IMG/VR virus record: IMGVR_UViG_3300044657_000462
Coordinates: 1 to 24,202 of that record
Strand: one strand, 5' to 3'
DNA length: 24,202 bases
Origin: a virus
Taxonomy: Duplodnaviria; Caudoviricetes
This document shows, piece after piece, positions 9,573-17,294 of the stretch. The translations under genes and the position numbers were made by a program. A model generated the notes under the pieces. That model saw nothing but the letters and a program-made list of their open reading frames with translations, was not told the DNA's origin and did not search any database. The first letter of the stretch is position 1, and each line of letters opens with the position of its first letter.

Positions 9573-11884
9573 TGTCGATCATACAAGGAACATCCAAGGC
9601 GGCTGGCGGCGCTGTCTACGAGATTGATCAGTCGATCCGGTTTAATCAAGCCGACTCGGCACGACTTACACGTACACCCGCTTCGGCTGGAAACCGAAAA
9701 ACATTTACGTTTTCGTGTTGGTTAAAAAGAGGGAAACTTTCGACCATCGCTGCGAGAATTTTTACTGGTTATCAAGATGTTAATAATCAGTTTGAAGTTT
9801 ATTTTAATGCAAGTGACAAATTAATTGTTGCTCAAAGAATGAGCGGAACTTGGTACGAAAGAGCTACTAGTACATTGTACAGAGACCCATCAGCTTGGTA
9901 TCATTTTGTTTGGTATTGGGATACTACAGATGGTACCGCCGAAAACCGGATGCGGGCCTACATAAATGGCGAACGTGTAACTTTTGCCAGCGGTTCAAAC
10001 CCTAGTTTGAATGCAGATGGTATGGTCAATGCCACCATCCAACATGAGATTGCGGGAGAGCAGGCTGGTTCAACATATTACTATGACGGGTACCTTTCCG
10101 AAATTCATTTCATCGACGGCACTGCACTAGACCCAACCAGCTTCGGTGAATACAACGACGACGGCGTGTGGATTCCGAAGGCTTACGATGGCAGCTACGG
10201 AACCAACGGCTTCTACATCACAGGCGAGACAGCCAGTGATCTGGGTGAAGACTTCTCAGGCAACGGCAATGATTTCACCAGCAGCGGACTAGCCACCACA
10301 GACCAGATGTCGGATACGCCGACTCTGAACGCATCAACCTTTAACCCATTATGGGCAGGGGCAGGACTGTCAGATGGCAATCTGGTCGCTACTGCCAGCG
10401 GCAACTCCTACCAATGGGCGGTGTCTACGTTCGCCGTAGACGATGGCGGTAAATATGTTTGCGAACTTCAAAAATCTAGCGGCACGTTTGGATACATTGG
10501 CCTTTATCAAATGGGCAATCATAATGTAACAAGCGGAAATAATTACGGCTATTTCTACAATCTTGGTACGGGAGAGATTGTTAAAAACGGTAGTGTCGTT
10601 ACAGACCTTGGTACTGGCGCAGCCAACTCGCTTATGCGACTAGAATATAATAGTGCCACTGACACATTAGAATTTTTTGATGATGGTTCAAGTATCTACA
10701 GTGCGACAACCGGACTGACGGGACAAAACTCGCTTCACTTTGGCTGTGCGCCATTTGGTTCTGGCACAGTTATCACAGCAACTTTCCAAGGCTTGAGCGG
10801 CACACCAACGGCAGATTTTTTGGAACTAACAAGTGCCACCCTTCCCACACCATCGATCACAGATGGGTCAGCGCATTTTAATCCCGTATTGTTCACGGGT
10901 AATTCTGGAACAGCCTTCAGCGTCACTGGCGTAGGATTTCAGCCTGACTTTGTATGGGGCAAGCCACGCAGTCTTGCGGACAACCACCGCCTAATGGATG
11001 TTGTTCGTGGCTCTACAGAGCAGCTTATTAGTAATGCTACCAATGCAGAATTTACACAAACGCAGGGCATAACTTCATTTGATAGCGACGGTTTCACGGT
11101 TGGTACGCACAACGGTCTAAACACAGGAACAAACACGTACGTCGCATGGTGCTGGCTTGCAGATAATACTACTGGCAGCAGCAACACTGATGGCGCTACA
11201 ACCAGCACAGTCAGCGCTTCCGCTACATCAGGATTTTCTATTGTAAAATGGACAGGAACTGGTGCTAACACAACGCTCGGTCATGGGTTAGGTGTAGCAC
11301 CACAAATGATACTGGTTAAAAATCTAGCCGATGCAGATAGCTGGGTCGTTTATCACGAAGACGTTGGAGCTACCAAAGGTCTGACACTTGATACTACTGC
11401 CACTCCGGTTACAGCCAGCACGTTTTTTAACAACACTGCGCCAACATCTTCTGTGTTTAGTGTCGGCGGTGGTGGGAGAACTAATGGCTCCAGTGATGCA
11501 ATGATTGCCTATTGTTTCGCAGAAATTTCCGGCTATAGCAGCTTCGGGAGTTACACCGGCAATGGATCGACAAATGGTCCATTTGTGTACACAGGATTTT
11601 CACCCAAATACATTCTGTACAAGCGAACATCCGGTGGTACAGGCAACTGGGACATCCTAGACACCGAGCGTGATCCGATAAATGTTTCTGATGCTGTTCT
11701 TGCAGCAGATAAAACCACTGCTGAAACAACTTACAGTACAATCAAAATAGACATATTGAGCAATGGTTATAAAATTCGAGGGACACAAACAAATCTAAAT
11801 GCATCTGGCTCAACATACATATACATGGCATTCGCAGAAAATCCATTCGGCGGTGACGGCGTTGCACCAGCTACAGCAAGATAA
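9572..11884 (+). CDS. Receptor-binding/tail fibre protein with concanavalin A-like (LamG) and SPRY-like beta-sandwich domains
   Basis: 770 aa, rich in Gly/Ser/Thr. Motifs QSIRFN, KTFTFSCWLKR, RDPSAWYHFV, YDGYLSEIHFIDG, LGEDFSGNGN, GVGFQPDFVW, HGLGVAP and TYIYMAFAENPF are typical of this aquatic-phage family. TAATG overlap. Confidence 0.8.
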   Translation: MSIIQGTSKAAGGAVYEIDQSIRFNQADSARLTRTPASAGNRKTFTFSCWLKRGKLSTIAARIFTGYQDVNNQFEVYFNASDKLIVAQRMSGTWYERATSTLYRDPSAWYHFVWYWDTTDGTAENRMRAYINGERVTFASGSNPSLNADGMVNATIQHEIAGEQAGSTYYYDGYLSEIHFIDGTALDPTSFGEYNDDGVWIPKAYDGSYGTNGFYITGETASDLGEDFSGNGNDFTSSGLATTDQMSDTPTLNASTFNPLWAGAGLSDGNLVATASGNSYQWAVSTFAVDDGGKYVCELQKSSGTFGYIGLYQMGNHNVTSGNNYGYFYNLGTGEIVKNGSVVTDLGTGAANSLMRLEYNSATDTLEFFDDGSSIYSATTGLTGQNSLHFGCAPFGSGTVITATFQGLSGTPTADFLELTSATLPTPSITDGSAHFNPVLFTGNSGTAFSVTGVGFQPDFVWGKPRSLADNHRLMDVVRGSTEQLISNATNAEFTQTQGITSFDSDGFTVGTHNGLNTGTNTYVAWCWLADNTTGSSNTDGATTSTVSASATSGFSIVKWTGTGANTTLGHGLGVAPQMILVKNLADADSWVVYHEDVGATKGLTLDTTATPVTASTFFNNTAPTSSVFSVGGGGRTNGSSDAMIAYCFAEISGYSSFGSYTGNGSTNGPFVYTGFSPKYILYKRTSGGTGNWDILDTERDPINVSDAVLAADKTTAETTYSTIKIDILSNGYKIRGTQTNLNASGSTYIYMAFAENPFGGDGVAPATAR

Positions 11885-11893
11885 GGATAAATC

Positions 11894-12469
11894 ATGACAT
11901 CAGTTTATAAATGCAATGGAAAAACCATCCGCCCCGGTCAGCAATTCACTGACGCAGATGGCGCTACACATCCGGGTAGCTGGTACACCTATTCGGCAGA
12001 GCAGAAAACAGCGATAGGTATTACCGAGATCGTGCAGCAGCCGCATCCTGACAGCCGGTTGTACACGTGGTCTTACAACGATGACGGCACGATCACCAGT
12101 ACGGCCAAGTCGCTGGACGACGTTAATGAAGTAGACGAGAACGGCGATGCGGTTATGGAAGACGGCGTTCAGGTGGTCACACCGGGTGTTAAGTCGAATC
12201 TGATCTCCGAAGTCAAAGCACAGCAGGGCGCACTGTTGGCGCAGAGCGATTGGGCCGTGATACGCAAGGCTGACACCAACATCGACGTCCCTGCCAACAT
12301 CCAGCAGTGGCGCAACGAAATCAGGCTGGCCGCTGCGGCGATGGAAGACCAGATCACACAGGCCGCGACGACCGACGCCATCGCTGCGTTGTTCCTGACG
12401 TATACGGTCGAAGATGACGGGACGACGACAAAAACCGGCGTCCTGTTTGATTGGCCGGAACTCGGCTGA
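11894..12469 (+). CDS. Tail fibre assembly chaperone-like protein
   Basis: 191 aa with LLAQSDWAVIRKAD...IQQWRNEIR and a C-terminal DWPE, a tail-assembly chaperone pattern. Directly follows the fibre gene; AAGGA RBS. Confidence 0.7.
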   Translation: MTSVYKCNGKTIRPGQQFTDADGATHPGSWYTYSAEQKTAIGITEIVQQPHPDSRLYTWSYNDDGTITSTAKSLDDVNEVDENGDAVMEDGVQVVTPGVKSNLISEVKAQQGALLAQSDWAVIRKADTNIDVPANIQQWRNEIRLAAAAMEDQITQAATTDAIAALFLTYTVEDDGTTTKTGVLFDWPELG

Positions 12470-12645
12470 TGGACGATCACGCCAAAACCATCGTGGATGT
12501 AAGCAGCATCACAGTCGTGCTTGCCACGCTGGTCGAATGGCTCCCTGCTGTGGCGGCTTTGGCGTCCCTGATCTGGTCAGTCATCCGCATTTACGAAACC
12601 GAAACAGTGCAAAGGTGGATTAAAAAATGTCGCAAGCAATTATGA
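12469..12645 (+). CDS. Small membrane protein, holin/antiholin-like (58 aa)
   Basis: ATG 12469 overlaps the upstream stop (TGATG). Long hydrophobic stretch SITVVLATLVEWLPAVAALASLIWSVI followed by a basic C-terminus. Confidence 0.65.
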   Translation: MDDHAKTIVDVSSITVVLATLVEWLPAVAALASLIWSVIRIYETETVQRWIKKCRKQL

Positions 12646-12716
12646 TGTCATACGGCGAAGTCATTCTGCTCGGCGTGGTGATGGCCGGGCTACTGTTCGC
12701 CGCCTTCCGAAAATAA
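12642..12716 (+). CDS. 24-aa single-TM peptide (MMSYGEVILLGVVMAGLLFAAFRK)
   Basis: Below the ORF-track cutoff. ATGA overlap with the upstream stop and TAA 1 nt before the next ATG, so it fills the gap exactly. Hydrophobic core plus RK tail. Alternative start at 12627. Confidence 0.55.
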   Translation: MMSYGEVILLGVVMAGLLFAAFRK

Positions 12717-12717
12717 A

Positions 12718-13080
12718 ATGGACGGCGCAATCGACATCCGCCTTATTATTACAGTAGGTGGCATCCTATTCTCCGTGGCTGGAGCAGCAGCCGTAGGCAA
12801 GATGTCAATCCGCGTAATTCAAGAAACTCTGCGCGACATAGAAGGGCGGATACGCAAAATCGATCAGCGCATTGATCTGCTCGACAATGGCGAGGCCGTG
12901 GTTAAACAGCGCCTTGACATCCTCGCCAAGATGAACGCGCCTGATGTGTTGGAGCGCCGCAATATGCAAACCGCAACCATGCTGTCAGACATTGCTTACC
13001 TGAAAGACGAGGCATCGCGGATGCACAAACTGCATAACGGCGTCCATCCGCCTGTGGCAAACGAAAGGGTCGCAAAATGA
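12718..13080 (+). CDS. Membrane-anchored coiled-coil protein in the lysis cassette
   Basis: 120 aa; N-terminal TM segment (LIITVGGILFSVAGAAAVG) followed by a heptad coiled coil. Confidence 0.65.
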   Translation: MDGAIDIRLIITVGGILFSVAGAAAVGKMSIRVIQETLRDIEGRIRKIDQRIDLLDNGEAVVKQRLDILAKMNAPDVLERRNMQTATMLSDIAYLKDEASRMHKLHNGVHPPVANERVAK

Positions 13081-13481
13081 TAGGTCTATTATCGGCTGTA
13101 CTGCCGTCTGTGATGGATGTGGCGGGAAGATTTCTCCCGGAGGACAAAGAGAAGCGAGCCGCTGCGGAGCGTGAGATTGAGGCGCAACTAACGATGCACC
13201 TCGCAAAGATTGACCTTGCTCAACTAGAGATAAACAAAGTTGAAGCGGCAAGCCGTTCTGTGTTTGTAAGCGGATGGCGTCCAGCTATCGGTTGGATGTG
13301 CGGGGGCGCAATGGGGCTTAACTTTATCGTGTTCCCGCTTGCATCGTTTGTGTTGGCGCAGACAGGACATCTCGTGGAACTGCCGACGCTTGACATGTCA
13401 CAGATGATGCCGGTGTTGATGGGGCTTTTAGGTCTTGGGGGATTAAGGACCGTGGAGAAAATTAAACAGGTCAGCAAATGA
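13077..13481 (+). CDS. Holin of 3TMs (GTA-release holin family)
   Basis: 134 aa with the signature QLEINKVEAASRSVFVSGWRPAIGW and LMGLLGLGGLRTVEK. Confidence 0.9.
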   Translation: MIGLLSAVLPSVMDVAGRFLPEDKEKRAAAEREIEAQLTMHLAKIDLAQLEINKVEAASRSVFVSGWRPAIGWMCGGAMGLNFIVFPLASFVLAQTGHLVELPTLDMSQMMPVLMGLLGLGGLRTVEKIKQVSK

Positions 13482-13924
13482 CATTTGAGCAAAGCCTGCG
13501 CCTAGTGCTGGAACAGGATGAAGGCATCGTCCATGAGGTTTACGAAGACCACCTCGGCAACCTGACGTGCGGCATCGGGCACCTTCTGACCCCGCAAGAC
13601 AGGGAATACGGCTGGCCGGTAGGCACTGCAATCAGCGAGGCGCGTGTCACGCAGTTATACAACCAGGATGTAGGCATCGCGCTGAAGGATGCCCGCTGGA
13701 TACATCCTGACTTTGACGACCTGCCGACTGAGGCTCGCATCGTCATTGCGTCCCTGTGCTTCCAGCTAGGTCTGCCGCGCTACCAGAAATTCAAGCTGCA
13801 TCATGCCGCTATCGAGGCTAGGGACTGGCGTGAGGCGGCAGCGCAGTTGCGTGATAGCAACCTGTACCGGCAGACAACGAACCGCACAGAGCGCCACGCT
13901 AGGCGACTGGAGAGCATTGTCTAA
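13478..13924 (+). CDS. Endolysin, T4-type lysozyme (GH24)
   Basis: 148 aa; DEG...VYEDHLGNLTCGIGHLL carries the E-x8-D-x5-T catalytic pattern; also DWREAAAQLRDS and QTTNR. Confidence 0.9.
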   Translation: MTFEQSLRLVLEQDEGIVHEVYEDHLGNLTCGIGHLLTPQDREYGWPVGTAISEARVTQLYNQDVGIALKDARWIHPDFDDLPTEARIVIASLCFQLGLPRYQKFKLHHAAIEARDWREAAAQLRDSNLYRQTTNRTERHARRLESIV

Positions 13925-14246
13925 CCAGAGTCATATCGACGGCGATGTGTGCGAAATGATCGCGACGGAGTATTTTCTGCGTTTAGGTTATTGGGTATTT
14001 CCCGCAGTACAGGGGTCCAGCCCTATCGATCTAGTCATCGTGAACGCAGAAGGTGTGCGGCTGATACAGGTTAAAAAGGATGCAAGCCGCGTCAATCCCG
14101 GTCGTAAAGTTGCATCGCGCATCCATCGCCGTCGCTCTGATTTACAAAAGGCGCTTGGCGTCGAAATGGTTTACGTAAACCCAGAGTCGCGATCTGTTTT
14201 TGTGTCGAACCATCAATATTACGCCAAGCGCAAGGGAAACAGTTAG
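13917..14246 (+). CDS. PD-(D/E)XK family endonuclease
   Basis: G-x3-E...GYWVF...SPIDLV...IQVK motif. Likely start is TTG 13917 after GGAG, overlapping the lysozyme end; the ORF track extends it to 13803. Confidence 0.7.
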   Translation: MSNQSHIDGDVCEMIATEYFLRLGYWVFPAVQGSSPIDLVIVNAEGVRLIQVKKDASRVNPGRKVASRIHRRRSDLQKALGVEMVYVNPESRSVFVSNHQYYAKRKGNS

Positions 14247-15205
14247 CGATCTGTTTCCTTTATCGTCAGAGTTTTCTGACGCACGGTGTATGCGTCCTTC
14301 GCAGGCACGACCTTCTCCGGCCTTGCGCTATAGCTACGCATCGGGCGACTGATTTGGTAAAGGCGATTTCCTACCAGCCCTTTCGCCTTCGGGTGTGCGC
14401 CCATGTACTCCATGATCGTGGCTTGCGCCGCGTCAATACGCGCTTCACTTGCGCCCTTGTCCGCCCTCGCCTCGACCAGTTCGCGCAGGGCTTCCGCCGC
14501 GTATTCGTTCTTCGACAGATCGAGTTCAGGCGCATCGTCATCGACCGTGCTGTACGCGTGTGCGGCGTCATCGCTGGACTCCACAGGGTAGAAATCCACA
14601 TCGGCCTTGCGGCGTTCAAAATCCACGACAGCTTCCGCGATCTGGCGTTGCACGTCGGGGTCAGCCTTGTATACGAAAAGGCGCAGGTCCAAGCCCTCAT
14701 ACAACGTCGCGATCACGCCTACCTGGTGGCCCGTACACATCATCTGCGCCTGCAACTGTAGCGGGCCGCGATCATGTGGCGGTCGGGTTTCCGGGCGTGA
14801 GCGTGTCGCCTTGCTCTCGACAATCACAGGCCCGGTCAGGTCTATCGTGTCGGCGTTGACGAGGAATATGCCCCTGTCCGCGTCCGTGCTGATCGTGCCT
14901 TGCCCTTCTCCCAAGCCGTCCAGGCTACACGCCATGCGTAGCGTCGGGTGCGGGAACGCGGCAGGGAAATCGTCGCGGAAATTTTCCAAGCCCAAACGCT
15001 CCGCCGCGACTTTCAGTATCACGGGTTCGAGTTCGTTACCCCAAAACGTCGCTTCGTTGCCCGTGAAGGTATCAACGAACGTCCCTTCCGCCGCCGCGAT
15101 GCAGCGCTCAAGCAACTGATTGCGCGTCATATACTTGCTGTAGCCAAGCAGCGCAGGCACAACGCTTGCGCTGATAATGTCGTCCGGTGTTAGTTTTCCA
15201 ACCAT
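14243..15205 (-). CDS. YqaJ-like (lambda exonuclease family) nuclease
   Basis: 320 aa with ISAS..PALLG.SKY, GNELEP, MACSLDG, VESK and LQLQAQMMCTG motifs; GGAGG RBS. Confidence 0.9.
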   Translation of the reverse strand: MVGKLTPDDIISASVVPALLGYSKYMTRNQLLERCIAAAEGTFVDTFTGNEATFWGNELEPVILKVAAERLGLENFRDDFPAAFPHPTLRMACSLDGLGEGQGTISTDADRGIFLVNADTIDLTGPVIVESKATRSRPETRPPHDRGPLQLQAQMMCTGHQVGVIATLYEGLDLRLFVYKADPDVQRQIAEAVVDFERRKADVDFYPVESSDDAAHAYSTVDDDAPELDLSKNEYAAEALRELVEARADKGASEARIDAAQATIMEYMGAHPKAKGLVGNRLYQISRPMRSYSARPEKVVPAKDAYTVRQKTLTIKETDR

Positions 15206-15206
15206 A

Positions 15207-15854
15207 TCATCCTCCGTGGTTTTCGATTAAGCGGGACACGCTGGCGGGATGCCAGCGCTTGCCCATTGCACTTGTAATGCCAGCCCCGTTAAGAGCGCCA
15301 GCGATTTGACGTAGACTTGCGCCCCTGTCCAGTAGCGGACGCGCGACCGATAGGGCTGTTTCGGCCACCCTGGCGGACGCTTCCAGGCGTTTGCGTTTGG
15401 TTGTCGCGCCGCCCTTCTCCGGGCAAGGGCAACCAAGTTTAACGCCGCGCGCCTTGGCGGCAGCAAGCGCCGCGCGGGTTCGTTCGCTGATTTTGCGCCC
15501 TTCCCATTCGGCGAATACCGCCGCCATTTGCAAAAACGTCCGGTCTGCTTCCGGCATGTCCGCCGCCATTATGGGAACGTTACTTTCCAATAGGCCCGAA
15601 ACGAAATGAAGTTTGCGCGCTAGGCGATCTAGCTTCGCAATTAACAGCGTTGCGCCCTTCTCCCGGCACGCGGCAAGGGCGCGCGCCAGTTCCGGTCGGT
15701 CGCTTTTCTTGCCGCTTTCTATTTCCGTGAACTCCGCGACGATACCGTCGCGCCACGGTTCAACGGCGGCGCGTTGCGCTTCTAATCCAAGGCCGGAACG
15801 CCCCTGCCGTTGCGTGCTGACGCGATAATACGCGACGTACTGCGGCGCGGTCAT
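15207..15854 (-). CDS. Serine recombinase (resolvase catalytic domain plus short C-terminal DNA-binding domain)
   Basis: 215 aa; YYRVSTQRQ (catalytic Ser), ESGKKSDRPEL, KLDRLAR, ERTRAALAAAKARGVKLG, and a C-terminal SLRQIAGALN..G..WHPASVSRLI. Confidence 0.93.
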   Translation of the reverse strand: MTAPQYVAYYRVSTQRQGRSGLGLEAQRAAVEPWRDGIVAEFTEIESGKKSDRPELARALAACREKGATLLIAKLDRLARKLHFVSGLLESNVPIMAADMPEADRTFLQMAAVFAEWEGRKISERTRAALAAAKARGVKLGCPCPEKGGATTKRKRLEASARVAETALSVARPLLDRGASLRQIAGALNGAGITSAMGKRWHPASVSRLIENHGG

Positions 15855-16036
15855 GTCATGCCCTCAATGTGTTCGGCGCTTATGTTTTGTAACGTGTCGC
15901 CGGTATCGTCGCGGCGGACGTCATAGACTGGCGGGCATGTGTATGAGCGCGCGACGATTACGCCGGGCGTCCATACTACGCGCGGACGATCCGCGTCTAT
16001 CACGCGGACCGTTACGGGTGTTTTAAGGGGTATCAT
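15851..16036 (-). CDS. Hypothetical early protein (61 aa)
   Basis: ATG 16036 overlaps the upstream TGA (ATGA), and its stop overlaps the recombinase ATG. Beta-rich-looking sequence. Confidence 0.6.
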   Translation of the reverse strand: MIPLKTPVTVRVIDADRPRVVWTPGVIVARSYTCPPVYDVRRDDTGDTLQNISAEHIEGMT

Positions 16037-16344
16037 TGTGCGGCTCCCCATTGTGAAACGTCATATTCGCGCCGCGCCTTTATGCGCCACGTTTCCGCCA
16101 CGGGCGCGCCGTTTGGCGCTTCACCTGTCGCAACGCGAACGCGCGTCCCCATGACTTTGCAAACGCGCGTTCCGTCCGGCGTGAAAATTACGTGCGGCCA
16201 TTCTATCGCGTCCGCGCCTGGCCAATAGTGCGCGTCTGCGCGGTCCGCCCATTCAAAAAAGGCGGACGTTTCGGAAACCTCAAAACACCCGCGAACAAGC
16301 CCTTGGCCCGTTACGCGGCGATCGTTTGTATATGGCGCGTACAT
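16033..16344 (-). CDS. Hypothetical early protein (103 aa, MYAPYTND...)
   Basis: ATG 16344 overlaps the upstream TAA (TAATG). The ORF track's longer start at 16497 would overlap the upstream gene. Confidence 0.6.
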   Translation of the reverse strand: MYAPYTNDRRVTGQGLVRGCFEVSETSAFFEWADRADAHYWPGADAIEWPHVIFTPDGTRVCKVMGTRVRVATGEAPNGAPVAETWRIKARREYDVSQWGAAQ

Positions 16345-16535
16345 TATTCGGCCCCCTCGATGAATGCGCGTTTGCGAGCGCTGTACGCTTGCGGCGGATA
16401 GCCCGGCAGGGTGGCGAACCATTCCGCGCCGCGCTCTATATCGCCGCGCGGGTTCTCGGCCCGCCATGCTTTTCCGTACAGTTGCCAAGCATTCCATGCG
16501 CTGCCGGGCTTGGCTTCATTTATGTTGCGTATCAT
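16344..16535 (-). CDS. Hypothetical early protein (63 aa)
   Basis: Strong AGGAG RBS inside the repeated leader; coupled to the downstream gene. Confidence 0.7.
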   Translation of the reverse strand: MIRNINEAKPGSAWNAWQLYGKAWRAENPRGDIERGAEWFATLPGYPPQAYSARKRAFIEGAE

Positions 16536-16562
16536 ATCGTGGTTTCTCCTGTGGTTGGTTGG

Positions 16563-16646
16563 TTAGGCGCCAAGGCGCATGAGCGCCTCGGCTGTTAGCA
16601 TTGCGCCGAATACGGCGGCGAACATTACAAGGGCGGTGCGGATCAT
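16563..16646 (-). CDS. 27-aa hydrophobic peptide (MIRTALVMFAAVFGAMLTAEALMRLGA)
   Basis: Below the ORF-track cutoff. TAATG overlap with the Ocr-like gene; the stop lies right before the next leader repeat. Confidence 0.6.
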   Translation of the reverse strand: MIRTALVMFAAVFGAMLTAEALMRLGA

Positions 16647-16969
16647 TATGCGGCCTCCATTTCGTCAATCTTCGCGTCGATTGCTTGTTCGATCCGGGCG
16701 CGCAGTTCGCCATATGCAATGATGGTGGCTATCTTGTCATAAGTAACGTCTTCCCACGGTCCGCAGTCTTCGCAGAATTGTTCGCCATTGTCCGTGTTGC
16801 AATTCTGGCAAAGTTCGTGCGCCTTGTGATAGGAAATCGCCCATTCGCTGCCGTCCGCGCTTTCGTGTGCGCGATCCATTGCGGCGGCGCGGTCGCCGTC
16901 ACATTCGCGGATGATTTCGTCGGCAATGTCAGCGGCGTATTCGTTAAGGGTGTAATCGTTAATCGTCAT
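16646..16969 (-). CDS. Ocr-like (T7 gp0.3-type) acidic DNA-mimic anti-restriction protein, putative
   Basis: 107 aa with 26 D/E versus 8 K/R. DRAHESADG..AISY, FCEDCG and IAYGEL line up by eye with T7 Ocr DAIHMAADN..PHYY, FEDSG and RIYEQL (recalled from memory). First gene of the leftward operon, with a strong RBS. Confidence 0.6.
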   Translation of the reverse strand: MTINDYTLNEYAADIADEIIRECDGDRAAAMDRAHESADGSEWAISYHKAHELCQNCNTDNGEQFCEDCGPWEDVTYDKIATIIAYGELRARIEQAIDAKIDEMEAA

Positions 16970-17012
16970 AGCGTGGTTTCTCCGTGGTTGGTTGTGTTTT
17001 GCTTCATTACGC

Positions 17013-17049
17013 TTGCAAAGTTATATTGGAACGATATCCTCCATTGCAA
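17013..17049. promoter_or_regulatory. Overlapping divergent sigma70-type promoters
   Basis: Leftward: TTGCAA (17049-17044), 18 nt, TATAAC (17025-17020), with an A/T tract upstream. Rightward: TTGCAA (17013-17018), 16 nt, TATCCT (17035-17040). Lies between the two divergent operons. Confidence 0.6.
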
Positions 17050-17084
17050 GTGTTTTTGTGAAAAAAAATTAAAGGCGGGTAAAA

Positions 17085-17294
17085 ATGGCGGAAAACAAGG
17101 GCGTTCGGCCCGTATGTTTAAGGCTTTCCAACGCGACGCATGAAGCATTACGCGACGCGGTGACGCATTCGGCGCACCGTAGCATGTCCGCGCTTGCGGA
17201 TGAAATACTGGCGGACGGTCTGGCAAGGCGCGCGATCACGGCGGAAAGTGATCTTGAGCGCATGATACGGGCCGCGCGGGACGCGGGCGCATGA
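17085..17294 (+). CDS. Ribbon-helix-helix (Arc/CopG-like) transcriptional regulator
   Basis: 69 aa; alternating strand RPVCLRLS, helix NATHEALRDAV, then RSMSALADEILADGL. First gene of the rightward operon. Confidence 0.75.
   Translation: MAENKGVRPVCLRLSNATHEALRDAVTHSAHRSMSALADEILADGLARRAITAESDLERMIRAARDAGA

Larger units (their letters stand above)
16532..16994 (-). repeat. Pair of ~29-nt direct repeats forming gene leaders (16532-16561 and 16966-16994)
   Basis: Minus strand: CAACCAACCAC(A/-)GGAGAAACCACG(A/C)TATGA, differing by one mismatch and one indel. A shorter AACCACGGAG precedes the YqaJ gene (15213-15222). Confidence 0.85.

Noticed and set aside
8115-12469. Diversity-generating retroelement or invertible tail-fibre cassette
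   Set aside because: No reverse transcriptase, no TR/VR repeat pair and no flanking inverted recombination sites were visible.
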